This document shows, piece by piece, positions 1 to 12,750 of a DNA stretch of 64,000 nt. The first letter of the stretch is position 1. Each line of letters begins with the position of its first letter. Both the position numbers and the translations under genes were made by a program. The stretch is taken from NCBI GenBank assembly GCA_002269645.1, contig NIVC01000106.1, positions 558,001 through 622,000 on the forward strand, given 5' to 3'. The notes under the pieces were generated by a model. That model made no database searches. It was not told where the DNA came from and saw only the letters and a program-made list of their open reading frames with translations. This DNA is from Macrostomum lignano (lineage: Eukaryota).

Positions 1-13
1 GCACAAATCCTGG

Positions 14-3000
14 TGCTCCCATCTGACTGCTTGTGATCCCATTCTTCCCCAAATAGGATTTTGATCAGTAGCTCCCATCTGACTGCTTGTGATCCCATTC
101 TTCTCCAAATGGGATTTTGATCAGTAGCTCCCATCTGACTGCTTGTGATCCCATTCTTCTCCAAATGGGATTTTGATCAGTAGCTCCCATCTGACTGCTT
201 GTGATCCCATTCTTCTCCAAATAGGATTTTGATCAGTAGCTCCCATCTGACTGCTTGTGATCCCATTCTTCCCCAAATAGGATTTTGATCAGTAGCTCCC
301 ATCTGACTGCTTGTGATCCCATTCTTCCCCAAATAGGATTTTGATCAGTAGCTCCTATCTGACTGCTTGTGATCCCATTCTTCCCCAAATAGGATTTTGA
401 TCAGTAGCTCCCATCTGACTGCTTGTGATCCCATTCTTCCCCAAATAGGATTTTGATCAGTAGCTCCCATCTGACTGCTTGTGATCCCATTCTTCCCCAA
501 ATAGGATTTTGATCAGTAGCTCCCATCTGACTGCTTGTGATCCCATTCTTCTCCAAATGGGATTTTGATCAGTAGCTCCCATCTGACTGCTTGTGATCCC
601 ATTCTTCTCCAAATGGGATTTCAATCAGTAGCTCCCATCTGACTGCTTGTGATCCCATTCTTCTCCAAATAGGATTTCAATCAGTAGCTCCCATATGACT
701 GCTTGTGATCCCATTCTTCCCCGAATGGGATTTCAATCAGTAGCTCCAATATGAATGCTTGTGATCCCATTCTTCCCCAAATGGGATTTCAATCAGTAGC
801 TCTAATAGGAATGCTTGTGATCCCATTCTTCTCCAAATGGGATTTCAAGTAGCTCCCATATGAATTATAATCACATTCTTCCCCAAATGGGATTTCAATC
901 AGTAGCTCCCATATGACTGCTTGTGATCCCATTCTTCCCCAAATGGGATTTCAATCAGTAGCTCCCATATGACTGCTTGTGATCCCATTCTTCCCCAAAT
1001 GGGATTTCAATCAGTAGCTCCCATCTGACTGCTTGTGATCCCATTCTTCCCCAAATGGGATTTCAATCAGTAGCTCCCATATGACTGCTTGTGATCCCAT
1101 TCTTCCCCAAATGCGATTTCAATCAGTAGCTCCAATATGAATGCTTGTGATCCCATTCTTCTCCAAATGGGATTTCAAGTAGCTCCCATATGAATTATAA
1201 TCACATTCTTCCCCAAATGGGATTTCAATCAGTAGCTCCCATCTGACTGCTTGTGATCCCATTCTTCCCCAAATGGGATTTCAATCAGTAGCTCCCATCT
1301 GACTGCTTGTGATCCCATTCTTCCCCAAATGGGATTTCAATCAGTAGCTCCCATCTGACTGCTTGTGATCCCATTCTTCTCCAAATAGGATTTCAATCAG
1401 TAGCTCCCATATGACTGCTTGTGATTCCATTCTTCTCCAAATGGGATTTCAATCAGTAGCTCCCATATGACTGCTTGTGATCCCATTCTTCCCCGAATGG
1501 GATTTCAATCAGTAGCTCCAATATGAATGCTTGTGATCCCATTCTTCCCCAAATGGGATTTCAATCAGTAGCTCCAATATGAATGCTTGTGATCCCATTC
1601 TTCCCCAAATGGGATTTCAATCAGTAGCTCCCATATGACTGCTTGTGATCCCATTCTTCCCAAATGGGATTTCAATCAGTAGCTCCAATATGAATGCTTG
1701 TGATCCCATTCTTCCCCAAATGGGATTTCAATCAGTAGCTCCCAAATGACTGCTTGTGATCCCATTCTTCCCCAAATGGGATTTCAATCAGTAGCTCCAA
1801 TATGAATGCTTGTGATCCCATTCTTCTCCAAATGGGATTTCAAGTAGCTCCCATATGAATTATAATCACATTCTTCCCCAAATGGGATTTCAATCAGTAG
1901 CTCCCATCTGACTGCTTGTGATCCCATTCTTCCCCAAATGGGATTTTGATCAGTAGCTCCCATCTGACTGCTTGTGATCCCATTCTTCTCCAAATGGGAT
2001 TTCAATCAGTAGCTCCCATCTGACTGCTTGTGATCCCATTCTTCTCCAAATAGGATTTCAATCAGTAGCTCCCATATGACTGCTTGTGATCCCATTCTTC
2101 CCCGAATGGGATTTCAATCAGTAGCTCCAATATGAATGCTTGTGATCCCATTCTTCCCCAAATGGGATTTCAATCAGTAGCTCTAATAGGAATGCTTGTG
2201 ATCCCATTCTTCTCCAAATGGGATTTCAAGTAGCTCCCATATGAATTATAATCACATTCTTCCCCAAATGGGATTTCAATCAGTAGCTCCAATATGAATG
2301 CTTGTGATCCCATTCTTCTCCAAATGGGATTTCAAGTAGCTCCCATATGAATTATAATCACATTCTTCCCCAAATGGGATTTCAATCAGTAGCTCCCATA
2401 TGACTGCTTGTGATCCCATTCTTCCCCAAATGGGATTTCAATCAGTAGCTCCCATATGACTGCTTGTGATCCCATTCTTCCCCAAATGGGATTTCAATCA
2501 GTAGCTCCAATATGAATGCTTGTGATCCCATTCTTCCCCAAATGGGATTTCAATCAGTAGCTCCCATATGACTGCTTGTGATCCCATTCTTCCCCAAATG
2601 GGATTTCAATCAGTAGCTCCCATATGACTGCTTGTGATCCCATTCTTCCCCAAATGGGATTTCAATCAGTAGCTCCAATATGAATGCTTGTGATCCCATT
2701 CTTCCCCAAATGGGATTTCAATCAGTAGCTCCCATATGACTGCTTGTGATCCCATTCTTCCCCAAATGGGATTTCAATCAGTAGCTCCAATATGAATGCT
2801 TGTGATCCCATTCTTCTCCAAATGGGATTTCAAGTAGCTCCCATGTGAATTATAATCACATTCTTCCCCAAATGGGATTTCAATCAGTAGCTCCCATCTG
2901 ACTGCTTGTGATCCCATTCTTCCCCAAATGGGATTTCAATCAGTAGCTCCCATCTGACTGCTTGTGATCCCATTCTTCCCAAATGGGATTTCAATCAGTA

Positions 3001-3785
3001 GCTCCCATCTGACTGCTTGTGATCCCATTCTTCTCCAAATAGGATTTCAATTAGTAGCTCCCATATGACTGCTTGTGATTCCATTCTTCTCCAAATGGGA
3101 TTTCAATCAGTAGCTCCCATATGACTGCTTGTGATCCCATTCTTCCCCGAATGGGATTTCAATCAGTAGCTCCAATATGAATGCTTGTGATCCCATTCTT
3201 CCCCAAATGGGATTTCAATCAGTAGCTCCAATATGAATGCTTGTGATCCCATTCTTCCCCAAATGGGATTTCAATCAGTAGCTCCCAAATGACTGCTTGT
3301 GATCCCATTCTTCCCCAAATGGGATTTCAATCAGTAGCTCCAATATGAATGCTTGTGATCCCATTCTTCCCCAAATGGGATTTCAATCAGTAGCTCCAAT
3401 ATGAATGCTTGTGATCCCATTCTTCCCCAAATGGGATTTCAATCAGTAGCTCCCAAATGACTGCTTGTGATCCCATTCTTCCCCAAATGGGATTTCAATC
3501 AGTAGCTCCAATATGAATGCTTGTGATCCCATTCTTCTCCAAATGGGATTTCAAGTAGCTCCCATATGAATTATAATCACATTCTTCCCCAAATGGGATT
3601 TCAATCAGTAGCTCCCATCTGACTGCTTGTGATCCCATTCTTCCCCAAATGGGATTTTGATCAGTAGCTCCCATCTGACTGCTTGTGATCCCATTCTTCC
3701 CCAAATGGGATTTCAATCAGTAGCTCCCATCTGACTGCTTGTGATCCCATTCTTCCCCAAATGGGATTTTAATGAATAGCTCCCA
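14..3785. repeat. 56-bp tandem satellite (~67 units) with 55-bp variants
   Basis: Unit CAGTAGCTCCCATCTGACTGCTTGTGATCCCATTCTTCCCCAAATGGGATTTCAAT; GATCAG anchors at 63, 119 and 175 give a period of 56. The two identical 73-aa ORFs are artefacts of this array. Confidence 0.97.
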
Positions 3786-4497
3786 TAAGTGATTTATCAA
3801 AAAAATCGATAAAATATATCCCTAATAATTAGCCCACTTTATGCTGTTCGTGCATTCTATGCTTTAATTTTCAATTGCACCACAACAGCTATGCAATGCG
3901 CACTACGGTGTGGTTATAGCATTTGTTTGTTTTACTTATTTTTACGTGGTGTCGTTATAGATTCCTAAATCAATATTTTCTGTCTATTAGTAGTATAATA
4001 GTAGTATTATAATCATATTAGTGCTATTATTAAATAGCGACAAGCTTCTATACTGTTGTTTGTTCAACCTGTCTACATGTAGAACGTATGGCTAGAAGGC
4101 GCCTGCATCGAGTAAGTTGCTATCAGCTGATAATTTTAATGAGATGCTCATTGCAATATCATTATTAACACTTTACTTAAAGTTCTTAGCAGCAAATTTT
4201 AAATTTGAAACTATAGTATAATAATGATAATTGTCAAAGACAATGGCTCTTGTTATTTTGCTTAAAAGTGTACGATGTACTTCTAATCTCAAAGTAATCA
4301 CATGTGTGCAATATAGCTTTTTGCCTTTATATAACCGCCTAAAATTTGCTGCTAATATCAGTAAATAAAGTGTTAATCAAATTCTAATTTTTGTTTTGAC
4401 TCTTTAAGGACGCTAATGTATAGTAAAATCGTTAACAGTGTCTTTTTTCAATTCCATTGTTCTTTTGAATCTACATTCGACAATTGACTGTTCTATC

Positions 4498-4957
4498 ATA
4501 ACCCTACCCCAACCCAACCCAAACCTACCCAACCCTACCCTAACCCTACCTTACCCCAAACCTACCCTAACCCTACCCCAACCCTACCCAAATCTTACCC
4601 AACCCTACCCTAACCCTACCTTACCCCAAACCTACCCTAACCCTACCCCAACCCTACCCCAACCCTACCCCAACCCTACCCCAACCCTACCCCAACCCTA
4701 CCCCAACCCTACCCCAACCCTACCCCAACCCTACCCAATCCTACCCAACCCTACCCTAACCCTACCTTACCCCAAACCACGTACCTAACCCTACTCAAAC
4801 CCTACCCCAACCCAAACCTTACCCAACCCTCCCCAAACCTACCCAGCCCTACCTTAACCCTACCTTACCCAAACCTACCCTAACCCTACTCTAACCATAC
4901 CCAATCCCAACCCTACCTAACCCTACACACCTACCCCTAACCTTACCCTAACCCAAA
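4498..4957. repeat. Degenerate C-rich (ACCCT/CCCTAA-like) low-complexity repeat
   Basis: Runs of ACCCTACCCCAACCCT and CCCTAACCCTA; the PYP-rich ORF at 4438 is an artefact. Confidence 0.9.
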
Positions 4958-5427
4958 CCAATATTGTCGACAGTGAATAGTCATCAAGTAGCTATTTCTG
5001 TTCAATTCAACTTATTTACTGCTTTAAAAGTACCAACAAAAATGGTTTGTATTTCATTTCATATTTTTAGAGAAATTGGCTATCGAAGGTAATAAAAGAC
5101 GCAGTTTATTATAAATTTCAATAATGATTGAATTATTGAGACTGGGCAACTTCATAGTCTCCACTATATTCATTGTGTCTCAAATAACCAGTTATTACGT
5201 TTTCTATTAATTGCCCTTGATAACATAGGCGTCGGCATAGTGTGACTAATTGGCACTAAATTTTATATTATCGTCTTTAACCAATTTTTATCTCTCGCTT
5301 TCAACGATAAACTTTTTTGGCTGGCATAGTTTTAATTTATTAATTAGTTCCATTAATCCAGTGCGGTTCTACTAAAGGTTTAAATTAATGAACACTATAG
5401 ATATTAAACCAAACTATGGTTTTAGAA

Positions 5428-5752
5428 GGGGGCCGTAGCCCAGTGGTCCAGCAGGCGCTCTGATTTGCCAGCGGCCCAGGCTTGATTCCAAGTGCAGTCA
5501 CATTAATTTGAGGCTAAATTGGAATCTCGACTTGGCTCAGCTCGTGCAATTAACGGCCTTGAGGGCCAACCCCAAGGCACAGTGAAGTGTACATGCCTAG
5601 GGCCGCTGTACACTCCTGTGTGAGTGTGTGCCTGTGCTTATGACTGCTCAGGAGAGTCGGTGGAATGGGCAGTAATGGGCGGGCGGTTGTGTGACAATGT
5701 TCATTTGAAGTGCGCCAGGTGCACACAGCCCCTGCCTCTGATGAAAAATGGT
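5428..5752 (+). mobile_element. tRNA-derived SINE family A, copy 1
   Basis: A-box TAGCCCAGTGG and B-box-like GGCTTGATTCC; body is collinear with the copies at 41262 and 43207. Confidence 0.8.
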
Positions 5753-5894
5753 TATTTATATAAACCGTAGCGCGGTAAACGCACTACTTATTATTGGCAG
5801 TAGTTTTGCAGTTGGCTTAATTCATTATTGTAACGTCGTCCGCTGCGTCGCTGCACTGTAGCCTCTTTCGCTATAGTAAAAAACTTTGCGTTCG

Positions 5895-6016
5895 CTGATT
5901 GGCTGGGGTTTTTATCTCTCTGTCCCGCCTCCATCCTTCTACCCTTCTCCTCATTCCTATTGGCTTGCAGCGTCGTAGCCTGCCCCCTCCCCCTAGTCAG
6001 TATAGTTGATTGGCTA
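5895..6016. promoter_or_regulatory. Cluster of three CCAAT boxes (ATTGG) with a GC-box-like CCCGCC
   Basis: GATTGGCT at ~5897, TATTGGCT at ~5959, GATTGGCT at ~6008, CCCGCC at ~5924, in a GC-richer island. Motif match only. Confidence 0.3.
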
Positions 6017-6564
6017 CAATTACACTAACGAAAAGTCCATTCATTAGGCTTGAGGATGATATTAAAACAGAAGATTTTTATTATAAATTCTGGTATTTTA
6101 ATAAATTTTATTCATATAAAAAACCGATTATAAAATTACTATTAGGGTGATGGTTTTCTTCAACTATTAAACCTTGAATTATTTCTTAAATGTATAGCCA
6201 TTCTGAATAAATCTGATTGCATGTGCTTCAAAGTTTTAATCAGATTGTTCAGAAAACAACTTATACGGTATCGTTGATAAAAATATTCGTAATTGTAGTA
6301 ACTCGTATAAAAGTCGATATTTAGCTTAATAATAGGAGCAACGGACGCTTGCATCAGCCAAGCAAAGTTATTATAATTAATTTTTATTTAATAATATTGT
6401 TTATTTCTTTTGTTGGCGTATAACCATGAACTCAATAATGCTTGTATTCCTAATGAACCAGTGGGTGTCTTAAATTTTAACAATATTACTTGAGCTGTTT
6501 GACTTTATAGGCCAACTCAAGAGTTTTTTAAACAAAACTTTCCACTTGTACACAGGGCCTCCCA

Positions 6565-6950
6565 TCATAGAGCCCCACCCACTCGCCCTAGACAAAGCCT
6601 ACCCTACTCCTAAACAAACAACACCTACCCTCAAATATACGCAGGGCCTTCCCTCAAAAACCCACTCCACTCCTCCCTAGACAATTCCTGCCCCCAGATG
6701 TACGCAAGGCCTCCCGTCATAAACTCCCACCCCACTCCCCCTAGACAATTACTACCCCCAGATGTACGCAGGACCTCTCCACATAACCCCCCGCCCAATT
6801 TCCCCTATTCAATTACTGCCCCCAGATGTAACGCAGGGCCTCCCTCCCTTCATAAACCCCCGCCCCACTCCCCCTAGTCAATTACTGCCCCCAGATGTAC
6901 GCAGGGCCTCCCCTCATAAAACCCCACCCCACTCCCCCTAGACAACTCAG
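6565..6950. repeat. Degenerate ~60-bp C-rich tandem repeat
   Basis: Recurrent CCCCACTCCCCCTAGACAATTACTGCCCCCAGATGTACGCAGGGCCTCCC. Confidence 0.85.
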
Positions 6951-7104
6951 CGCCAATTGTTACACAGAGAGCCTCTCGCACAAGCCTCTACTCCCTCTAC
7001 AGTTATCTTCCTTATCTTCCAACCACAGCAAACACGCCTAAACTTATTCAGTTTTTATTGTGCTACGAGTAGAACCCACCCTTTCCCCAATAAAAACTAC
7101 GCAG

Positions 7105-7538
7105 AAAACAACCAACGCAGCCGGGCCTTCAGCCGGGAGAGCGTCGGTCGGCTACTACTAACAGTAGAGCAGGGCTACTCATTGAAGGTTGGCAATCTGG
7201 GCGGTGACAACAAAAGCGACCCGTACGCAGAAGTTTCACTAGGCTCGCAACGCCAGTGCACCGAAGTGATTAGAGCTACGCTAAATCCGGTGTGGAACAA
7301 AGCAATGCAATTTCACATTGCCGACCCCAACGAGGACGTCCTATCCATCACTGTGTACGATCGTGATTTCTTTTCGCCGAACACTTTCCTAGGCCGAGCC
7401 GAACTGCGCATTGCCGATGTGGCCAAAGACTTGGCTAAAGCGAAGCACGGGCCAATCACAAAACGATTGCGATTGTCCGAGGTTGACACTGGCGAGGTCC
7501 AGATTAAGCTGGACTTGCAGATGCACGGCTCGCATTGA
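7105..7538 (+). CDS. ITSN: Terminal coding exon of a long-isoform intersectin (C-terminal C2 domain)
   Basis: GRLLLTVEQGYSL...KSDPYAEVSLGSQ...TLNPVWN..MQFHIAD...VLSITVYDRDFFSPNTFLGRAELRIAD...GPITKRLRLSEVDTGEVQIKLDLQ matches the recalled ITSN1/2 C2 tail. Candidate acceptor CTACGCAG at 7104 (alternative 7120); stop at 7538. Upstream exons not found in the window. Confidence 0.85.
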
Positions 7539-7764
7539 TCTTGTTTGTTTATTTCTTTTATTCAATTCAGTCACTGCAAAATTTCTTTTTAATATGTATT
7601 AGTACATATTCTGGCTACTTATAGTAGTTCTATATACATGCGTATCTCTGTCTATCTTGTCACACTTGTTTGTTTATGAATCTGTATGAATATGAGAAAA
7701 AATAAGAGAGCTAAGTATTGCGCCTTGTGTTGACAAGCGGAAAATTTCTTTACTGTATACTAGC

Positions 7765-7990
7765 CCCCGCCCGACCCCCTTCCCCCTAATGTACACTCGG
7801 CCCCCAACCCCCTTCCCCTAATGTACACTCGGCCCCCCAACCCCCTTCCCCTAATGTACATTCCGCCCCCGACCCCCTTCCCCCTAATGTACACTCGGCC
7901 CCCAAACCCCCTTGCCCTAATGTACATTCGGCCCCCCCCAACCAACCCCTTCCCCCTAGTGTACACTCGGCCCCGCCCAACCCCCTTAAT
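7765..7990. repeat. ~32-bp C-rich tandem repeat
   Basis: CCCCCTTCCCCTAATGTACACTCGGCCCCCAA units. Confidence 0.88.
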
Positions 7991-8624
7991 GACTAATCTT
8001 TGTCAGTTGTTTTGCAGGCTCTCAGTTCCAACGAATATTATTTTTATCCTTTCATTTTCATTATTTAAGTATTGAAGTGTTGTTATTGTTAGTTATTAAG
8101 CTTTCCTATGAGCCCAGCGCTACCAATAATACTATATATAATATTATATGTTATTATTAACCTTAAATTTTTACAGACTTGTAATAGAGGCTATGTCATT
8201 TGAAAGTTACCTGATTTCTAGTTGTAGCTTATAATATGCAGTACACACAAACTTAGACCAGATTTGAACTGAGTCTGAGAAGCTTATGCTGAACTTTCCT
8301 GGAATTTCAAATTTCGTTCCCCTCCTCCCTGTCTCGATCGTTTTAATTGATTCTTCTTAATCACCTATTTTTCCGCTTAGATTATGCACTTTTTAATTTA
8401 AAAAATGAAGTGTTTCGTGATTTCCAGTTTTTTATAAACTCCTTATTTACACCTGTTTATTATTATTGTTTGCTTCTGCGGGAATTATTATTGCTTAAAT
8501 CTGCTGAATTTTTGTTTTAAAAGTAATTTGCTCTGGTATATATATCGTTTTGGATCTTTTGTTTAGTTAGAGGGGCTTGTCGTAGCTCTTGAATTAATTA
8601 TCCTATCCAGCTTTTACTACTAGT

Positions 8625-9235
8625 TGTACACTCGTCCCTTAGCCCAACCCCCTACCCCTGATGTACACTCGTCCCTTAGCCCAACCCCCTATCTCTTATG
8701 TACACTCGTCCCTTAGCCCAACCCCCTACCCCTGATGTACACTCGTCCCTTAGCCCAACCCCCTACCCCTTATGTACACTCGTCCCTTAGCCCAACCCCC
8801 TACCCCTTATGTACACTCGTCCCTTAGCCCAACCCCCTACCCCTTATGTACACTCGTCCCTTAGCCCAACCCCCTACCTCTTATGTACACTCGTCCCTTA
8901 GCCCAACCCCCTACCTCTTATGTACACTCGTCCCTTAGCCCAACCCCCTACCTCTTATGTTCACTCGTCCCTTAGCCCAACCCCCTACCCCTTATGTACA
9001 CTCGTCCCTTAGCCCAACCCCCTACCTCTTATGTACACTCGTCCCTTAGCCCAACCCCCTACCTCTTATGTACACTCGTCCCTTAGCCCAACCCCCTACC
9101 TCTTATGTACACTCGTCCCTTAGCCCAACCCCCTACCCCTTATGTACACTCGTCCCTTAGCCCAACCCCCTACCCCTGATGTACACTCGTCCCTTAGCCC
9201 AACCCCCTACCTCTAATGTGCACGTTTGTCCCCGC
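8625..9235. repeat. 37-bp tandem repeat (~16 units)
   Basis: TGTACACTCGTCCCTTAGCCCAACCCCCTACCCCTTA; shares the ATGTACACTCG core with the 7765 array. Confidence 0.95.
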
Positions 9236-9700
9236 CCATTCTTGTAATATGCTTAAAATTCAAGAAACTTGAAAGTAGTCAGTTTGGTTAATGTTAAATA
9301 AGTATATCGATGTTGTTTTGTCATTAATAAATTAAGCTAATAATTGATCATTATTATAAATACTAATTTAGCTTGCTCCTTGCTCTTTAGGTTTTAAAAA
9401 CTTATTAATTGTCAGTTTGTCTCTAGGATTTTTTAATTAAAGAACTCAGCTTCCAAGTTATAATTATAATTATAATTATAATTATCTTTTTTAATCCTTG
9501 GCTACTTTCAAGAATGTTATGTGTACTGCTAGACTAAGTTTTGTTAATCCTTGCAATCATCATTATTGAAAATTTACCTGTGCTGACAAAATATTGATAT
9601 GATTGCAGTCAATTGTTGTTATAATTAAAAATTGCTACTTGCCGCGTATTCAAAGAGCGCAGCGACTTAGTTCGTCTTGTTGAGCCTATTGAATAAAAGT

Positions 9701-9718
9701 TGATTGGCTATGACGTCA
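9701..9718. promoter_or_regulatory. CCAAT box adjacent to a perfect CRE palindrome
   Basis: TGATTGGCTA followed directly by TGACGTCA (9711-9718). Motif match only. Confidence 0.3.
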
Positions 9719-9887
9719 TTATTTTATTACGTCTATTTTTCAGCTTGTATGCTCAATTTTCAATGAACCGGTGTTGTTTTTGGTATTTAAAATTTAATTT
9801 TTTTAGCTCGTGTTTTATAAGTAGCAATATATTTTCCTTCATGACTTGGGATTGCGCTGCATCCATACGAGTATCTAGCGCATATCT

Positions 9888-10050
9888 GTTCGGCAGATGT
9901 GCAACCGACAGCTCAGTCGCAGCTACTGCGCGGCGCATCTGAAGGCTGCGTACGGCTGTTCAGTCCAAGGACTGGGGGGTCGCCACGCAAACCCTCAATT
10001 ATCCCAGCTACTGCTGGCACCCATTTTACAGCCTCGCTGTGACGCTGTCG
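9888..10050 (-). mobile_element. SINE family B, 3' fragment
   Basis: CAGATGTGCAACCGACAGCTCAG...GCATCTGAAGGCTGCGTACGGCTGTTCAGTCCAAGGACTGGGGG is near-identical to the copies at 18305 and 54620. Confidence 0.85.
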
Positions 10051-10711
10051 CTTTCACAAGACCGAATATTTTACTGAATATAACTGCCTTCACAATGCTG
10101 AAATTTTGTTCCTTTCAAGTAGATAAGAGATATTCGGGTACATATTTTAACTAGGAAGATACATGCATTATAACTGAATCTATTGTTAATTTATTGAGCA
10201 CAGCAGCTGGCTCTCACCGAAGTGTTAGCGGTTGCTTGTTGCAGCTCAACAGGCATACCGGCAGAGTTCAGAGCAGCCGTTGTCAGGGCAACCCTGTAGT
10301 AGGTGAATCTGCAGTTTCTTCAATTCCATGGCTAATTATTAATTATTATAATTATAGTTCTCTTGGGCTATTTTAACATCTTTTTATGATAGTTCCCAAA
10401 ATCTCGAAAATAGTTTTTCAATGCTCGATCGAAAAGATGAAATTTCTTGTATAGAAGCTGAAGAAAATTTTCTTCTGTGTCGGCAAAAGAGATAAAGCAT
10501 CAAAAGGTGACGATTTATATATAAACATGTAATCGCCATGGTTGCGTAAGACTGACGATCGACGAACTAAAAATAAAAAGCTAATTCGACTGTTTCTTGT
10601 TTTTCAAAAAAGGCAGCAGCAGACGGGACTACAATGTTACGAACACTTACGATTGCTGTTTTTCCTCGCTAGGATTATAAAGTATACACCGCACTGCTGC
10701 TGCAGCTATCC

Positions 10712-11416
10712 CAGCAACTGAGGATCTGGGAGGCTGGCGCAGCGACTGATGAGGATCTGGGAGGCTGGCGCAGCGACTGATGAGGATCTGGGAGGCTGGC
10801 CCAGCGACTGATGAGGATCTGGGAGGCTGGCCAAGTGACTGATGAGGATCTGGGAGGCGGGCCCAGCGACTGATGAGGATCTGGGAGGCTGGCCCAGCGA
10901 CTGATGAGGATCTGGGAGGCTGGCCAAGTGACTGATGAGGATCTGGGAGGCTGGCGCAGCGACTGATGAGGATCTGGGAGGCTGGCCAAGTGACTGATGA
11001 GGATCTGGGAGGCGGGCCCAGCGACTGATGAGGATCTGGGAGGCTGGCCAAGTGACTGATGAGGATCTGGGAGGCTGGCCAAGTGACTGATGAGGATCTG
11101 GGAGGCTGGCCCAGCGACTGATGAGGATCTGGGAGGCTGGCCCAGCGACTGATGAGGATCTGGGAGGCTGGCCCAGCGACTGATGAGGATCTGGGAGGCT
11201 GGCCCAGCGACTGATGAGGATCTGGGAGGCTGGCCCAGCAACTGACGCTCATGGGAGGCTGGCCCAGCAACTGAAACTCTGGGAGGCTGGCCCAGCAACT
11301 GAAACTCTGAGAGGCTGGCCCAGCGACTGATGAGGATCTGGGAGGCTGGCGCAGAAACTGTGGATCTGGGAGGTTGGCCCAGCAAGTGTGGATCTGGGAG
11401 GCTGGCCCAGCAACTG
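10712..11416. repeat. GAGGATCTGGGAGGCTGGCCCAGC satellite, array 1 (28/31-bp units)
   Basis: Direct tandem units; the ASLPDPHQ-type ORFs are artefacts. Confidence 0.96.
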
Positions 11417-12750
11417 GGGACTTTTGGCTGCTGACCAAAGCGGTTTTTCAAGACTGTTGTCAAATCCAAGAAAAAACAATGCTTTTATGCCTTATCATTA
11501 GGATCTGTAAAATCTTTAAATATACCAATTGCTGTTTTATCTTAGTTTAAGCGACCCGTTTTCAATTGTTTTCCTAGTGTTCAATTTTTAAGGGTCAATA
11601 AAATTCCGAAAAATGCATTGCCATCATGATTGCTTTTGATATACCAGCTAAAGTAAACAGTAGTGCGCTAATACTTAGTATCCGATAAGGGAAACTTTGT
11701 TTCGGAAAATCCATGGAAAAACCGTAGAATTTCCATGAGAGTAATGATTGCTTCAGGCTGAAGTTCGTAGCTTAAAGTAAATAAGGACCACTTTAGTAAA
11801 ACTGGACCTACATGTAAAACTCAAACATCGTGTAATTTTTTGGAGGCCGACTTTCTGGAAAAAGTACTCTGTGGAGATATTAAAAAAATCATTTTAATCA
11901 CAAAATAAATGATGATTGCATTTGATTGATTGATTCGTTCATTTTTTAATGATAATCATATTTGTTAATAAAATGTTGCATTCAGGTACTGCTCCTGAGC
12001 GCCACTATGGTAGGCGTAGTTCCATTCCGATGCGCATTGTTTCTACAATACAGCGGGGCAACAATGGTAAATTAAAATAATGGTAATATTCACTGCCCCA
12101 GATAAAATGAAATCATTTTAATTTTTTTTTGATTAAATAGGATTTTTATTATCTCCGCAGTGCATTTCCCAGGAAATTGGTCTCCAAACAATTTCCATAT
12201 GATCTTTAAAGTGTTACGTCCTGTTTTACGAGTACTTCAAGGTAACAAGTGACTGTAATAATCACGGCTTTTATTTATTTACGAGTAATTTAACTTGAGC
12301 AGAATTTGCCCAACTTTAGCAACTTTAATTGTGTATTTATTAATAAGCAGAAACCATTTTTGTTTTAGCAATTAAAAGGATTTTATTGGCCTTATAAGCG
12401 ACTAATGTAGGTAGAAAAGAGTAGAAAACAAAGTGTTAAAGTACGAATTTTAATCAAACACAAAGATGTTTTTTATCATGCTTTTAGACGATTAAATACT
12501 TATAAAGAGATTTGTAGCGAGATTGAATTCAACTGTTTAAAACAACTGGTTATAGATGGATACCGAGCAGAGAAGTACTGCAGCGAGTATGTACACATAG
12601 TTAAGGTCGTCAGGGTTATTTCGAAAAGTAGTTCAGCCAGGAGTCAGTGCGATGGTATAGTGTAGCGATCCATTCAAACTTTTATCATTAGTTTAGGTTA
12701 AAGCCGCATAAACCGCCTTCCATGTTTCATCTCAAGCAGAATCGCTTGTC

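Noticed and set aside
14-3785. Possible hammerhead ribozyme in the 56-bp satellite (minus strand CTGATTGAAA-stem-ATC)
   Set aside because: A stem III and an AUC triplet can be drawn, but the CUGAnGA core, stem II and a pairing stem I are missing.
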